This document shows, one piece after another, positions 1-7,769 of a stretch of 25,448 nucleotides of DNA. Made by a program: the position numbers and the translations under genes. The notes under the pieces are model-generated. The model had not been told where the DNA came from. It was given only the letters and a program-made list of their open reading frames with translations, and did no database searches. Numbering within the stretch: the stretch's first letter is position 1; the number at the start of each line of letters is the position of its first letter. Source of the stretch: Breznakia blatticola (lineage in GTDB: Bacteria; Bacillota_I; Bacilli_A; Erysipelotrichales; Erysipelotrichaceae); contig NZ_SODD01000038.1 in NCBI RefSeq assembly GCF_004365815.1, positions 1 to 25,448 on the forward strand, given 5' to 3'.

Positions 1-62
1 CTCTCCTTCAACTTTTGACTAGTTCTACTTTTTACTTTGCCAATTTCCATTGCAGTTTGAGG

Positions 63-90
63 ACTATATGCATGACTGCCCGTCACACAA
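63..90 (-). promoter_or_regulatory. Candidate sigma-A promoter for the next minus-strand gene, which starts beyond the left window edge
   Basis: Minus strand reads TTGTGT (85-90), a 16-nt spacer, then TATAGT (63-68). A GGAGAG Shine-Dalgarno-like sequence sits at positions 1-6 (minus), with the start codon expected off-window. Confidence 0.25.
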
Positions 91-114
91 AAAAACACAC
101 CTTTCGATGTGTTT
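88..114 (-). terminator. Rho-independent terminator after rpsU
   Basis: Minus-strand RNA AAACACAUC-GAAA-GGUGUGUUU forms a stem with one G.U pair and a GNRA loop, followed by a U-run. It begins about 10 nt after the rpsU TAA. Confidence 0.7.
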
Positions 115-124
115 CACTTTGAAA

Positions 125-304
125 TTATTTTCCGCGGCGAGCTTTACGAGCTGCTTCAGATTTCAATTTACGACGAACTCCCGGTTTTACATAGAACTCA
201 CGTTTACGTGCTTCAGCAAGGGTACCGTTTCTTGATACTTGACGTTTAAAACGACGTAAAGCGTCATCAAGCTGTTCGTTTTCTTTTACGATAACTTTTG
301 GCAT
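125..304 (-). CDS. rpsU: 30S ribosomal protein S21
   Basis: Protein [59 protein letters not shown] is a typical S21. GGGAGGG RBS lies 8 nt upstream of the ATG at 304. The ORF-track start at 367 is a spurious extension. Confidence 0.95.
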   Translation of the reverse strand: MPKVIVKENEQLDDALRRFKRQVSRNGTLAEARKREFYVKPGVRRKLKSEAARKARRGK

Positions 305-338
305 GGGTCTCAACCCTCCCTTCTGAATTACTAGGCTA

Positions 339-367
339 ATTATATACAATACGCGCAAAAAATGCAA
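339..367 (-). promoter_or_regulatory. Candidate sigma-A promoter of rpsU
   Basis: Minus strand reads TTGCAT (362-367), a 17-nt spacer, then TATAAT (339-344), about 35 nt upstream of the rpsU ATG. Confidence 0.6.
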
Positions 368-383
368 ATGTTTTCAATTATAA

Positions 384-815
384 TTACTTGTTTTTTTGAT
401 TTTTTAGACGTTTTACTAAATAATATCGTGTGGTTCCTGCAAATGGTACATCTTCTAGCTGTCCAAAAACTTGAAACCCTTGTTTCTCATAAAATGGTTT
501 TGCTTGAAAGGATTGTGTGGTAACAGTAAGCGTATGACAGTCGTTATGTAAAGCAAAGTCTTCTACTACTTGTATCAATTTTTGACCATACCCTTTGCCT
601 TTTGAAGTTGCATGTAGTGCCAACAAAGAAATATGTAGTTCCTTTGCATGAATATTTCCAGTAATACCACCTTGATACACCCCATCTTCATAAAGTGCGT
701 ATGAAAAGGATTGATTTTGCACTTCTATAAAGAAGTGTTCACTTCTTTGTGCATCCAACAAGTTGGAAATTCTCGTATTATTATCTATCAGATCGATATT
801 TTTTATTTCAATCAT
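384..815 (-). CDS. GNAT family N-acetyltransferase
   Basis: 143 aa with an acetyl-CoA binding motif of the Q/RxxGxG type (KGKGYGQKLI) and a GNAT-like C-terminal fold pattern. Its ATG directly abuts the murE TAA (TAAATG). Confidence 0.8.
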   Translation of the reverse strand: MIEIKNIDLIDNNTRISNLLDAQRSEHFFIEVQNQSFSYALYEDGVYQGGITGNIHAKELHISLLALHATSKGKGYGQKLIQVVEDFALHNDCHTLTVTTQSFQAKPFYEKQGFQVFGQLEDVPFAGTTRYYLVKRLKNQKNK

Positions 816-2273
816 TTAACTAATGCTACTTCCTAAATAGTAACGACGAATAATTTCACGTGCTGCATTATGATCACCAACCCATGGTGAGCGACCTTCT
901 TCACGATACATAAATACTTCATCACCTTTTCCTAATACAAGAACGGTATCATTAGGATTTGCTTGTTCGATTGCTTGGCGAATTGCACCATAACGATCTT
1001 CGATATAAATACTACGTGCATCACCTTGGATCCCCGATTTGATTTGGTTTGCAATTTCACGTGGATCTTCATCACGTGGATCATCTTCTGTCAAAATGAT
1101 TGTATCGCAAAATTTACTTGCAACTTCTCCAAACACTTTTCGCTTATCCACATCTCTACGACCCGCACTTCCAAAAACTGCAATGATTGATGAATCTTCA
1201 GGTGTAATAGAAGTCGCAAATTGGAATATCTTCTCTAAACCATCTGGTGTATGTGCAAAATCAACAATTACATTAAATGGTTGTCCCTCATCGATAATCT
1301 CTAAACGACCCTCGATTTGATCAATGGTACCAACATATTTAAGCACTTCCTCAATTTCAATTCCACTTTCAACAATAGCAGCAATCGCAGCTAATAAGTT
1401 GTAGATGTTGTATTCAGCAACTAAGTTGGTTGTTACTGGATAGACTTTATCTTTATGTACCAAGGTAAATGAAGATTCCTTCATTGATAAGTGCAAGTTT
1501 TTTGCAAGGTAATCACATTCATGATGAATTCCATATGTAACAACTTTACCATGGCATACATTTGCTAGTTCTGTATATTTTGGATCATCAACATTTAGTA
1601 CACTAATTCCATCTTCTTTTAAATTACTGAAAAGTTTGCTTTTGGCATGAAAATAGTTTTCTATTGTCCCATGGAAGTCTAAATGATCATATGTAAAATT
1701 CGTAAATACAGCAATATCAAAATCAATTGCATCTACACGGTGTTGTTCCAAGCCATGACTACTTACTTCAAGCGCTACTGCCTTTACACCATCATCTACC
1801 ATATCGCGTAATGTACGATTTAAAAAGATGGCATCTGGTGTAGTCAGATTTGGTTGCATTTTTACGTTTTTATACTCAATTGAAATCGTACCAATATATC
1901 CACATGGGGCAAAATGATCATAAATATCTTTGATGATATTAGTGACTGTGCTTTTCCCATTGGTTCCTGTAACCCCAAACACTTTTAGTTCTTCACTAGG
2001 ATAATGATAGAATTTGTTGATTACTTGATTTAGTGCAGTATCAACATTTTCAACCTTAATATATACAACATCATCTAAAAATGTCTTGATATCTTCACTG
2101 TGTACAATTGTTTTCGCACCCTTCTTTACTGCTTGTTTAATGAACTTATGTCCGTTTGTCATAATTCCATCTAGGCAAAAAAACATTCCGTTTTCTTTTA
2201 CACTTCGTGAATCTGTGTATAGTCCACTAACTTCTATATCCGGTGCATCTTTAAATATCTCAGATAATTTCAT
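816..2273 (-). CDS. murE: Mur ligase, MurE-type (UDP-MurNAc-L-Ala-D-Glu : diamino-acid ligase)
   Basis: N-terminus is MKLSEIFKDAP...GLYTDSRSV, the P-loop is GVTGTNGKST, and the C-terminal motif is LTEDDPRDEDP. GGAGAG RBS precedes the ATG at 2273. The ORF-track start at 2312 would overlap mtaB. Confidence 0.88.
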   Translation of the reverse strand: MKLSEIFKDAPDIEVSGLYTDSRSVKENGMFFCLDGIMTNGHKFIKQAVKKGAKTIVHSEDIKTFLDDVVYIKVENVDTALNQVINKFYHYPSEELKVFGVTGTNGKSTVTNIIKDIYDHFAPCGYIGTISIEYKNVKMQPNLTTPDAIFLNRTLRDMVDDGVKAVALEVSSHGLEQHRVDAIDFDIAVFTNFTYDHLDFHGTIENYFHAKSKLFSNLKEDGISVLNVDDPKYTELANVCHGKVVTYGIHHECDYLAKNLHLSMKESSFTLVHKDKVYPVTTNLVAEYNIYNLLAAIAAIVESGIEIEEVLKYVGTIDQIEGRLEIIDEGQPFNVIVDFAHTPDGLEKIFQFATSITPEDSSIIAVFGSAGRRDVDKRKVFGEVASKFCDTIILTEDDPRDEDPREIANQIKSGIQGDARSIYIEDRYGAIRQAIEQANPNDTVLVLGKGDEVFMYREEGRSPWVGDHNAAREIIRRYYLGSSIS

Positions 2274-2283
2274 TTGACTCTCC

Positions 2284-3561
2284 TTATTTTGCGACAAGTA
2301 TATCACCATCACGACCTGTCGCTTTTACGACAACCATTTGGTTGACAAGTTGCTTGTCTGCTTTCACTTTGACTTGGATATACTCACTACTATGTCCATA
2401 AGCATAACCGTCTTTTTCATATTCAAATAAAACTGCAAGTTCTTGATTGATAAAACTATCAAGATACGTTGCATATTGTTGCTTACTTTGTTTACTCAAT
2501 AAAGCACATCGCTCTTTTTTTATGGTTTTTGGTAAGTGATTTTTCAATGTTTCTGCTTTTGTTCCATCACGTTTTGAGAATGGAAATACATGCAAAAATG
2601 AGAAATTTACATCACGTACAGTCTCTACGGTTGTTGCTACATCCTTTTCACTTTCTCCAGGAAAGCCCATAATCATATCACTGCTTATAGATATTGTAGG
2701 CATGATCTTACGAATCTGTTTTACTTTTTCTTTAAATGCATCGATACGATATGGTCGATTCATCGCTTGTAAGATTGTATCACTTCCTGATTGAATGGGA
2801 ATGTGTAAATGCTTTGCAATTTTATCCTCACTTGCCATAAGTTGTAACATCTCATCTGTTATTTCATTCATTTCAATTGATGAAATACGGATCCGCAACA
2901 AGCCATCAATTTTCACCATCTCTTTTAATAAAGAAACAAGGTTTTGCGTATTGCCATCACCATAACGACCTGTATGAATTCCTGTTAATACAATTTCCTT
3001 ATGTCCACTTGCTACCAGTTGTTTTGCTTGTTTGATTGCCTGTGGTAACTCAATAGAACGTTCTTTTCCTCTTGCATATGGAATAATACAATAGCTACAA
3101 AATTGATTACAGCCATCTTGGATTTTTAAAAACGCACGTGTCTTTTCATGAAATTGTTGCACGTGTAATGTTTCAAATGTCTGTAAATCATCATAGGTTT
3201 CCACAATATTTGCTTTTTCTTGTTTTGTAAATGTTTGATCAATTACGGTTGCTAGTTGATCTTTATTATTACTACCAACAAGCAAATCAACATCTAATTG
3301 TTGCGCTTGTGCATCACTTTGAACATAACAGCCAACCACACAAATAAATGCATTTGCATTTCTTGTCTTTGCTTGGTTGATTTTTTGTCTTGATTTTTGC
3401 GATGCTGTATTGGTCACAGCACACGTATTAATAATATAAATATCTGCAACTTCTTTGAAATCAACTTCTTGATATCCAAGTTGTTGCAGTTGTTCTACAT
3501 AACTTTCACTTTCGTAAAGATTCACTTTACATCCAAGTGTTGCTATCGCAAATCGTTTCAT
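2284..3561 (-). CDS. mtaB: tRNA (N6-threonylcarbamoyladenosine37) methylthiotransferase, radical SAM MiaB/MtaB family
   Basis: N-terminal UPF0004 domain (ATLGCKVNLYESE...INTCAVT), radical-SAM CxxxCxxC motif (GCNQFCSYCIIPYARG) and a C-terminal TRAM-like end. Its position downstream of rsmE matches B. subtilis yqeU-yqeV. Confidence 0.88.
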   Translation of the reverse strand: MKRFAIATLGCKVNLYESESYVEQLQQLGYQEVDFKEVADIYIINTCAVTNTASQKSRQKINQAKTRNANAFICVVGCYVQSDAQAQQLDVDLLVGSNNKDQLATVIDQTFTKQEKANIVETYDDLQTFETLHVQQFHEKTRAFLKIQDGCNQFCSYCIIPYARGKERSIELPQAIKQAKQLVASGHKEIVLTGIHTGRYGDGNTQNLVSLLKEMVKIDGLLRIRISSIEMNEITDEMLQLMASEDKIAKHLHIPIQSGSDTILQAMNRPYRIDAFKEKVKQIRKIMPTISISSDMIMGFPGESEKDVATTVETVRDVNFSFLHVFPFSKRDGTKAETLKNHLPKTIKKERCALLSKQSKQQYATYLDSFINQELAVLFEYEKDGYAYGHSSEYIQVKVKADKQLVNQMVVVKATGRDGDILVAK

Positions 3562-4313
3562 GAGATTCCTTTCCGTAACATCCCTATTAGTTTCTTCTTT
3601 TCCTTTGGTAAAATCAATTGTTCGTCCATTAATGCATTCACAAACACCTCAGTTGAATTATGAAAATAAACATGACTTAATTTCATCAATGTAGCGATAT
3701 CTACATCTATAGGAAAACTGATATGTTGGACAAGTTTTTGATCTTTAATAAAATACAAACAACGTAATTTTGCATCATACAAAGCAAACATATTTGCTTC
3801 TTCATATACTTTTTTTGCACTGCAGAAATCTTCATCATAAAATACGTTTCCATACATTGAAATATCATGCATTGCATTTTCAAATCGTTCCTTATAATAT
3901 CCATATTTCTTGATATCATAAAGAACCATCTCATTATGATAAATCTCATTCATTCGTTTATCAAAAAATGGTACATAAATAGAAATTCCATCAACAACTC
4001 GTTTTGGTAAATTTGGTTCAATTAATTCCACTTCACGATTCATTAAACGTCGTTTCTCATCATAATTTAATGTTGAGTAAAAATCGACCATTTTTACTCG
4101 TGTCTCGCTATGGCAATTTTCAAATGCTTGTTTATTCTCAATTCCCTTAGCAATAATTTCATTGTGAAAGTAATCATAAGCATCATGAAATGTATAAGGA
4201 ATCTTCCACTTCTTAAAAAGTTGTTCCATTTCTTCTTTTTTTGCTTTTACTTCTTTTTGCTTATAGAAATTCTTATCATATGCTTTATGTAATACTTCAA
4301 ATAATTTGTCCAT
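3558..4313 (-). CDS. Hypothetical protein (251 aa); no family recognised
   Basis: Long ORF with an AGGAG RBS 6 nt upstream of the ATG at 4313. Its TGA overlaps the mtaB ATG (ATGA). No TM segment or signal peptide is visible. The protein is rich in K/E/Y/F/N. Confidence 0.7.
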   Translation of the reverse strand: MDKLFEVLHKAYDKNFYKQKEVKAKKEEMEQLFKKWKIPYTFHDAYDYFHNEIIAKGIENKQAFENCHSETRVKMVDFYSTLNYDEKRRLMNREVELIEPNLPKRVVDGISIYVPFFDKRMNEIYHNEMVLYDIKKYGYYKERFENAMHDISMYGNVFYDEDFCSAKKVYEEANMFALYDAKLRCLYFIKDQKLVQHISFPIDVDIATLMKLSHVYFHNSTEVFVNALMDEQLILPKEKKKLIGMLRKGIS

Positions 4314-4322
4314 GCAATACTC

Positions 4323-5045
4323 CTAATCCAATACGACAAGTGTGGTGTTAATCGCAGCCATTGCAGCTGTTTCTGCACGATAAATTCGTTTACCTAACGA
4401 AATCATCTCATATCCTTGTGCTTGTGCATTTTCACACTCTTGTTTATCAAAACCACCTTCACTACCAATGACAATCGTTACAGATTGTACTTCTTTGTTT
4501 GCTAGTAAGATATCCTTGATATTTTGACTGATACTATCTGCATCTTCATATGCAAATAGGTTTAATTCACTTTTATATTCATGTAATTGTTTCATTGAGA
4601 TTGGTGCTGTTACTTCTACTAAGTGATCACGTTTACACTGTTCACATGCTTCAAGTGCTATCTTGTTGTAACGTTCCAATTTCTTTTCTACTTTATCATG
4701 CAATTTTACAATAGTTCTGTTAGAAATTAAAGGAATAATCTGATGCACACCAAATTCACATGCTTTTTGAATACACATATCCCAACGCTCTCCTTTGATC
4801 ATACCTTGAATCAAAGTTACTTTAATGCGTTCTTTATTACTTTTCGTGGGTTCTATAATACGTGCAAATACTTGATTTTGTTGGTAGCTTATAGTTGCTA
4901 AAAAGCCAGTTTCACTTGCATCAACAACTTTTATTACACTACCTTCTTTCATGCGCAGTACTTGTTTGATATGTTTTTGTTGCTCTGAAGTAAAATTCAC
5001 CAAATCATTTACTTTAAGATTTTCTTTAATAAAATACTGTTGCAT
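4323..5045 (-). CDS. rsmE: 16S rRNA (uracil1498-N3)-methyltransferase
   Basis: 240 aa with an N-terminal PUA-like region (MQQYFI...HIKQVLRMKEGSVIKVVD) and a C-terminal SPOUT knot region (IGSEGGF...ISLGKRIYRAETAA). AGGAGAG RBS is present. Confidence 0.9.
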   Translation of the reverse strand: MQQYFIKENLKVNDLVNFTSEQQKHIKQVLRMKEGSVIKVVDASETGFLATISYQQNQVFARIIEPTKSNKERIKVTLIQGMIKGERWDMCIQKACEFGVHQIIPLISNRTIVKLHDKVEKKLERYNKIALEACEQCKRDHLVEVTAPISMKQLHEYKSELNLFAYEDADSISQNIKDILLANKEVQSVTIVIGSEGGFDKQECENAQAQGYEMISLGKRIYRAETAAMAAINTTLVVLD

Positions 5046-5061
5046 TATACTCTCCTAATAT

Positions 5062-5086
5062 GCGAAAAAAGGTAGACTCTACCTTT
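5062..5086 (-). terminator. Terminator-like hairpin overlapping the marR stop codon
   Basis: Minus strand reads AAAGGTAG-AGT-CTACCTTT followed by TTTTTT. The hairpin includes the marR TAG (5079-5081). Only about 20 nt remain before the rsmE RBS. Confidence 0.4.
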
Positions 5087-5522
5087 CGTCTTCTTTATAT
5101 ACGCGCTTTAAATTATTCACAATTTTCTTTGTCAGATGAATATAGGCGTCCATTTCTTCATCGGTGAAATTGTTATATTTCTTTGTGATAAATTCATCAA
5201 GAATCATGTCAGATTGAACAAGTTGTTTAGTTCCTTGTTTTGTAATTGTTAAACTCGTTGCTCTTGCATCATTTTCATGTGCATGAACTTCGACTAACCC
5301 TTGTTTTGCCAAACGACGAATGGATACACCTACAGTTGCACGTGAAATCCCTAGATACTTTGCAATATCTAGTTGCTTACAATTTTCATGTAAATAGATA
5401 TATGCAAGAATCTCCGGTTGTCCTTGATGTAAATCACACTTTTGCAAGCGCTGATATTTTAGTTTATTTTCCAACCAATCCATTTGTTGTTCAAGATTGA
5501 ATAACTCTTTATTTTTTAACAT
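5079..5522 (-). CDS. MarR family transcriptional regulator
   Basis: 147 aa with a winged-HTH core (LDIAKYLGISRATVGVSIRRLAKQGLVEVHAHENDARATSLTITKQG). A GAAGGAAAAGGA purine-rich RBS is present. Confidence 0.85.
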   Translation of the reverse strand: MLKNKELFNLEQQMDWLENKLKYQRLQKCDLHQGQPEILAYIYLHENCKQLDIAKYLGISRATVGVSIRRLAKQGLVEVHAHENDARATSLTITKQGTKQLVQSDMILDEFITKKYNNFTDEEMDAYIHLTKKIVNNLKRVYKEDER

Positions 5523-5577
5523 GCTCTTTCCTTTTCCTTCGTTTGCAATACAAGCGATTATGTCTATTGTTTGACAA

Positions 5578-6309
5578 TTATGTTTTTGAACCTTCCGTTG
5601 CCATTTGTTTTAACTTTTTGACTTCGTATGGTTTTAAAATACGATATTCTCCTTGACGTAAATCATCGACTTTAAGATTTCCAAGTTGTTTACGATGTAA
5701 ACGTGTTACATGATACCCAAAGTGTTCAATCATACGCTTAATTTGACGATTTCGCCCTTCCACGATTGTTAAGTCCAAAGACATTTGATTTTTCTTGTGA
5801 TCTTTTTCTGTCACTTTATACTTTGCAGGTAATGTTTTATGTCCATCATCTAAAACAATCCCACTTTTTAATTCCATCAATTGTGGTGGTGTTAAAATAC
5901 CATTTAATGTAAGATTATACGTCTTTGGTAAATGATATCTTGGGTGAGCGAGTGTATTGGCAAAATTTCCATCATTTGTTAGAATCAAAACTCCGCTTGT
6001 ATCATAATCCAAACGTCCTACACTAAATAGACGTTCATTGCTATCTACCAATGAAAACACCGTTGGACGATCAAATTCGTCACTATTTGTACACATCGTT
6101 TTCTTTGGTTTATTCATTACATAATATACTTTGTTTTCTTTGGTAATACTTTTTCCATCAACTTGAATCGCATCGCCACGTTTTACGATATATCCCATCT
6201 CTTTAAGGACAACACCGTTTACTTTGACACGACCTTGTTTAATCATTTCTTCTGCTTTACGACGACTTGCGACTCCACTAGCCGCGATTACTTTTTGTAT
6301 ACGTTCCAT
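5578..6309 (-). CDS. rluB: 23S rRNA pseudouridine synthase, RsuA/RluB family
   Basis: N-terminal S4 domain (MERIQKVIAASGVASRRKAEEMIKQGRVKVNG) and the catalytic motif GRLDYDTSGVLILTNDG. It lies downstream of scpB, as in B. subtilis. Confidence 0.9.
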   Translation of the reverse strand: MERIQKVIAASGVASRRKAEEMIKQGRVKVNGVVLKEMGYIVKRGDAIQVDGKSITKENKVYYVMNKPKKTMCTNSDEFDRPTVFSLVDSNERLFSVGRLDYDTSGVLILTNDGNFANTLAHPRYHLPKTYNLTLNGILTPPQLMELKSGIVLDDGHKTLPAKYKVTEKDHKKNQMSLDLTIVEGRNRQIKRMIEHFGYHVTRLHRKQLGNLKVDDLRQGEYRILKPYEVKKLKQMATEGSKT

Positions 6310-6312
6310 TTT

Positions 6313-6849
6313 CTACCTATTATCGAATAGTTCTTCTTGAACTACTACTTTGTGATCTTCCAATTCTGGCAATTCTTTTAAACTTTGCAATTGGAATGAA
6401 TCCATAAATTCTTCCGTCACTTCATAAAGGAATGGTCTACCCGGTGCATCTGAGCGTCCACATTCTTTTATCAAACCACGTGCTAATAATTTTCGAATCA
6501 TCATATCTGCACCAACCCCACGAATCTCTTCAATTTCACTTCGAGTAATTGGTTGCTTATAAGCAATAATAGCAAGCGTTTCTAATGCTGCACTTGATAA
6601 AGTTGCCATTTTATTTGATGAGAATAGTTTTGCAGCATATTCATAGACATGTTCTTTACTTACAAATTTATAGCGTCCACCAAAGTGTACCAACTCTACA
6701 CCATGTTGATTTTGTAAGTATTCATCCATTAAGCTGTCCATATAGGACTCCAATTCATTTTGCTTTATTTCTAATGTTTCTAACAGTTGTTGGTCACTTA
6801 AGCCTTCATCTCCTGCTAGAAACAGTAATCCTTCTATAATATCTTGCAT
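6313..6849 (-). CDS. scpB: Segregation and condensation protein B
   Basis: MQDIIEGLLFLAGDEGLS..., with tandem winged-helix pattern (ALETLAIIAYKQPITRSEIEEIRGV). It immediately follows scpA (TAAGATG junction). Confidence 0.9.
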   Translation of the reverse strand: MQDIIEGLLFLAGDEGLSDQQLLETLEIKQNELESYMDSLMDEYLQNQHGVELVHFGGRYKFVSKEHVYEYAAKLFSSNKMATLSSAALETLAIIAYKQPITRSEIEEIRGVGADMMIRKLLARGLIKECGRSDAPGRPFLYEVTEEFMDSFQLQSLKELPELEDHKVVVQEELFDNR

Positions 6850-6850
6850 C

Positions 6851-7576
6851 TTAAACTCCTGTAATTAACCAAATTTGGTCATCTTTATCTACACTATATT
6901 GAATTTCTTGATTTTTGATTAAATCCAATATTGCTAAAAACGAAACAACAACCATATGCAAAGATGTACAATCATCACATAACTTTTCAAATGATATTTT
7001 CCCTTGTACATGTTTTAAACGACTGCGAAGTTGTTCACTTCTTTCTTCGCTACTCATTTCTTGAATGGTCATTTGGGTTTCTAGTGGTTGACTTAACTCA
7101 AATCTACGAATTACTCGATTCATCGCTTTAATTAAGTCATAAGGACTTCCTTTGTAGTCCTCAATAGTTACTTGTTTCATATACTTTTCAGCTTCTTGAG
7201 AAAGTGGACGTTCCATCATCTTTTGACGACTTTCATAGTGTTTTTCAAATGTCTCACTTGCCTTTTTAAACTTCTCGTATTCCAATAAACGTTTTACTAA
7301 TTTATCACGTTGATCTTCTTCATATTCTTCTGCGATTTCTACTTTTTCACGTGGTAATAAACGCTTGCTTTTATATTCTAATAAACCTGCAAGTTCACTT
7401 AAATATTCGCTTGCAACTTCTAGTTTTAGTGATTCAAATGCATTGATGTATGCAAGGTATTGATCGGCTAGGATATTCATATCCAAATCAAAAAGATCTA
7501 GTTGATTTTCTTTCACTAGGTGGAGCATTAAATCAAGTGGGCCATCAAATTGGTCAATATGTATTTCAAAGTCCAT
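6851..7576 (-). CDS. scpA: Segregation and condensation protein A (kleisin)
   Basis: The N-terminus FDGPLDLMLHLVKENQLDLFDLDMNILADQYL is a typical ScpA start. GGAAAGGA RBS is present. Confidence 0.9.
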   Translation of the reverse strand: MDFEIHIDQFDGPLDLMLHLVKENQLDLFDLDMNILADQYLAYINAFESLKLEVASEYLSELAGLLEYKSKRLLPREKVEIAEEYEEDQRDKLVKRLLEYEKFKKASETFEKHYESRQKMMERPLSQEAEKYMKQVTIEDYKGSPYDLIKAMNRVIRRFELSQPLETQMTIQEMSSEERSEQLRSRLKHVQGKISFEKLCDDCTSLHMVVVSFLAILDLIKNQEIQYSVDKDDQIWLITGV

Positions 7577-7610
7577 ATGTTATATCCTTTCCAAATCTCT
7601 TATGCTATAT

Positions 7611-7619
7611 AGTATAACA
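7611..7619 (-). promoter_or_regulatory. Candidate extended -10 promoter (proximal) for scpAB
   Basis: Minus strand reads TGtTATACT. This would give a leader of about 28 nt containing the scpA RBS. No good -35 is present. Confidence 0.35.
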
Positions 7620-7677
7620 AATAACACACATGCATAAAAGTGTAACGTATGTGTTAATACGTGTGTAGCACTTAAGT

Positions 7678-7686
7678 ATTTTACCA
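7678..7686 (-). promoter_or_regulatory. Candidate extended -10 promoter (distal) for scpAB
   Basis: Minus strand reads TGgTAAAAT. This would give a leader of about 95 nt spanning the AC/GT-repeat region. Confidence 0.3.
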
Positions 7687-7741
7687 TTAATCAATCGATT
7701 TGCATAATACAAAATGAAAGGATTCTTTCTTCCTGATAAAA

Positions 7742-7769
7742 TAAAAAACCGATGTAATCACCGGTTTTA
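7742..7769 (-). terminator. Rho-independent terminator after ruvB, potentially bidirectional
   Basis: Minus-strand RNA ACCGGUGAUUACAUCGGU hairpin is followed by UUUUUUAU and overlaps the ruvB TAA (7767-7769). The plus strand has the complementary hairpin flanked by TTTT. Confidence 0.7.

Noticed and set aside
1-50. Possible minus-strand ORF starting at the ATG at 50 (MEIGKVKSRTSQKLKE...) and running off the left edge
   Set aside because: No SD precedes it. The GGAGAG at positions 1-6 more plausibly serves a start codon just beyond the window. This cannot be resolved without the flanking sequence.
125-367. 80-aa version of the S21 ORF, together with similar N-terminal extensions at 816-2312, 10879-12624, 12638-13123, 15033-15473, 18650-19987 and 20008-20490
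   Set aside because: The extensions lack an RBS, run through promoters, terminators or neighbouring genes, and add residues absent from the protein families. Internal start codons with good SD sequences give canonical N-termini.
963-1320. Plus-strand ORFs (75 and 93 aa) antisense to murE, plus 2086-2277 and 2469-2672
   Set aside because: These are typical antisense shadow ORFs in AT-rich coding DNA. They have low-complexity, Cys/Phe/Ser/Ile-rich translations and no RBS.
3707-3949. 80-aa minus-strand ORF nested out-of-frame inside the 251-aa hypothetical gene
   Set aside because: No RBS is present and the Met/Cys/Ile-rich composition is implausible. The ORF is fully contained in the longer, RBS-supported frame.
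5523-5577. Possible MarR operator/promoter in the rluB-marR spacer (TTGT-caa-ACAA and the TTGCAA palindrome)
   Set aside because: I could not fit a convincing -35/-10 pair. The inverted repeats are only 4-6 nt and are expected by chance in AT-rich DNA. marR may simply be co-transcribed with rluB.
7580-7687. 35-aa minus-strand small ORF (MVKYLSATHVLTHTLHFYACVLFVILYSIRDLERI) ending 3 nt before the scpA ATG
   Set aside because: No Shine-Dalgarno sequence precedes its ATG, which itself overlaps the candidate TGgTAAAAT -10 box. It is most likely a chance ORF in AT-rich spacer. It is mentioned only because its stop lies so close to the scpA start.
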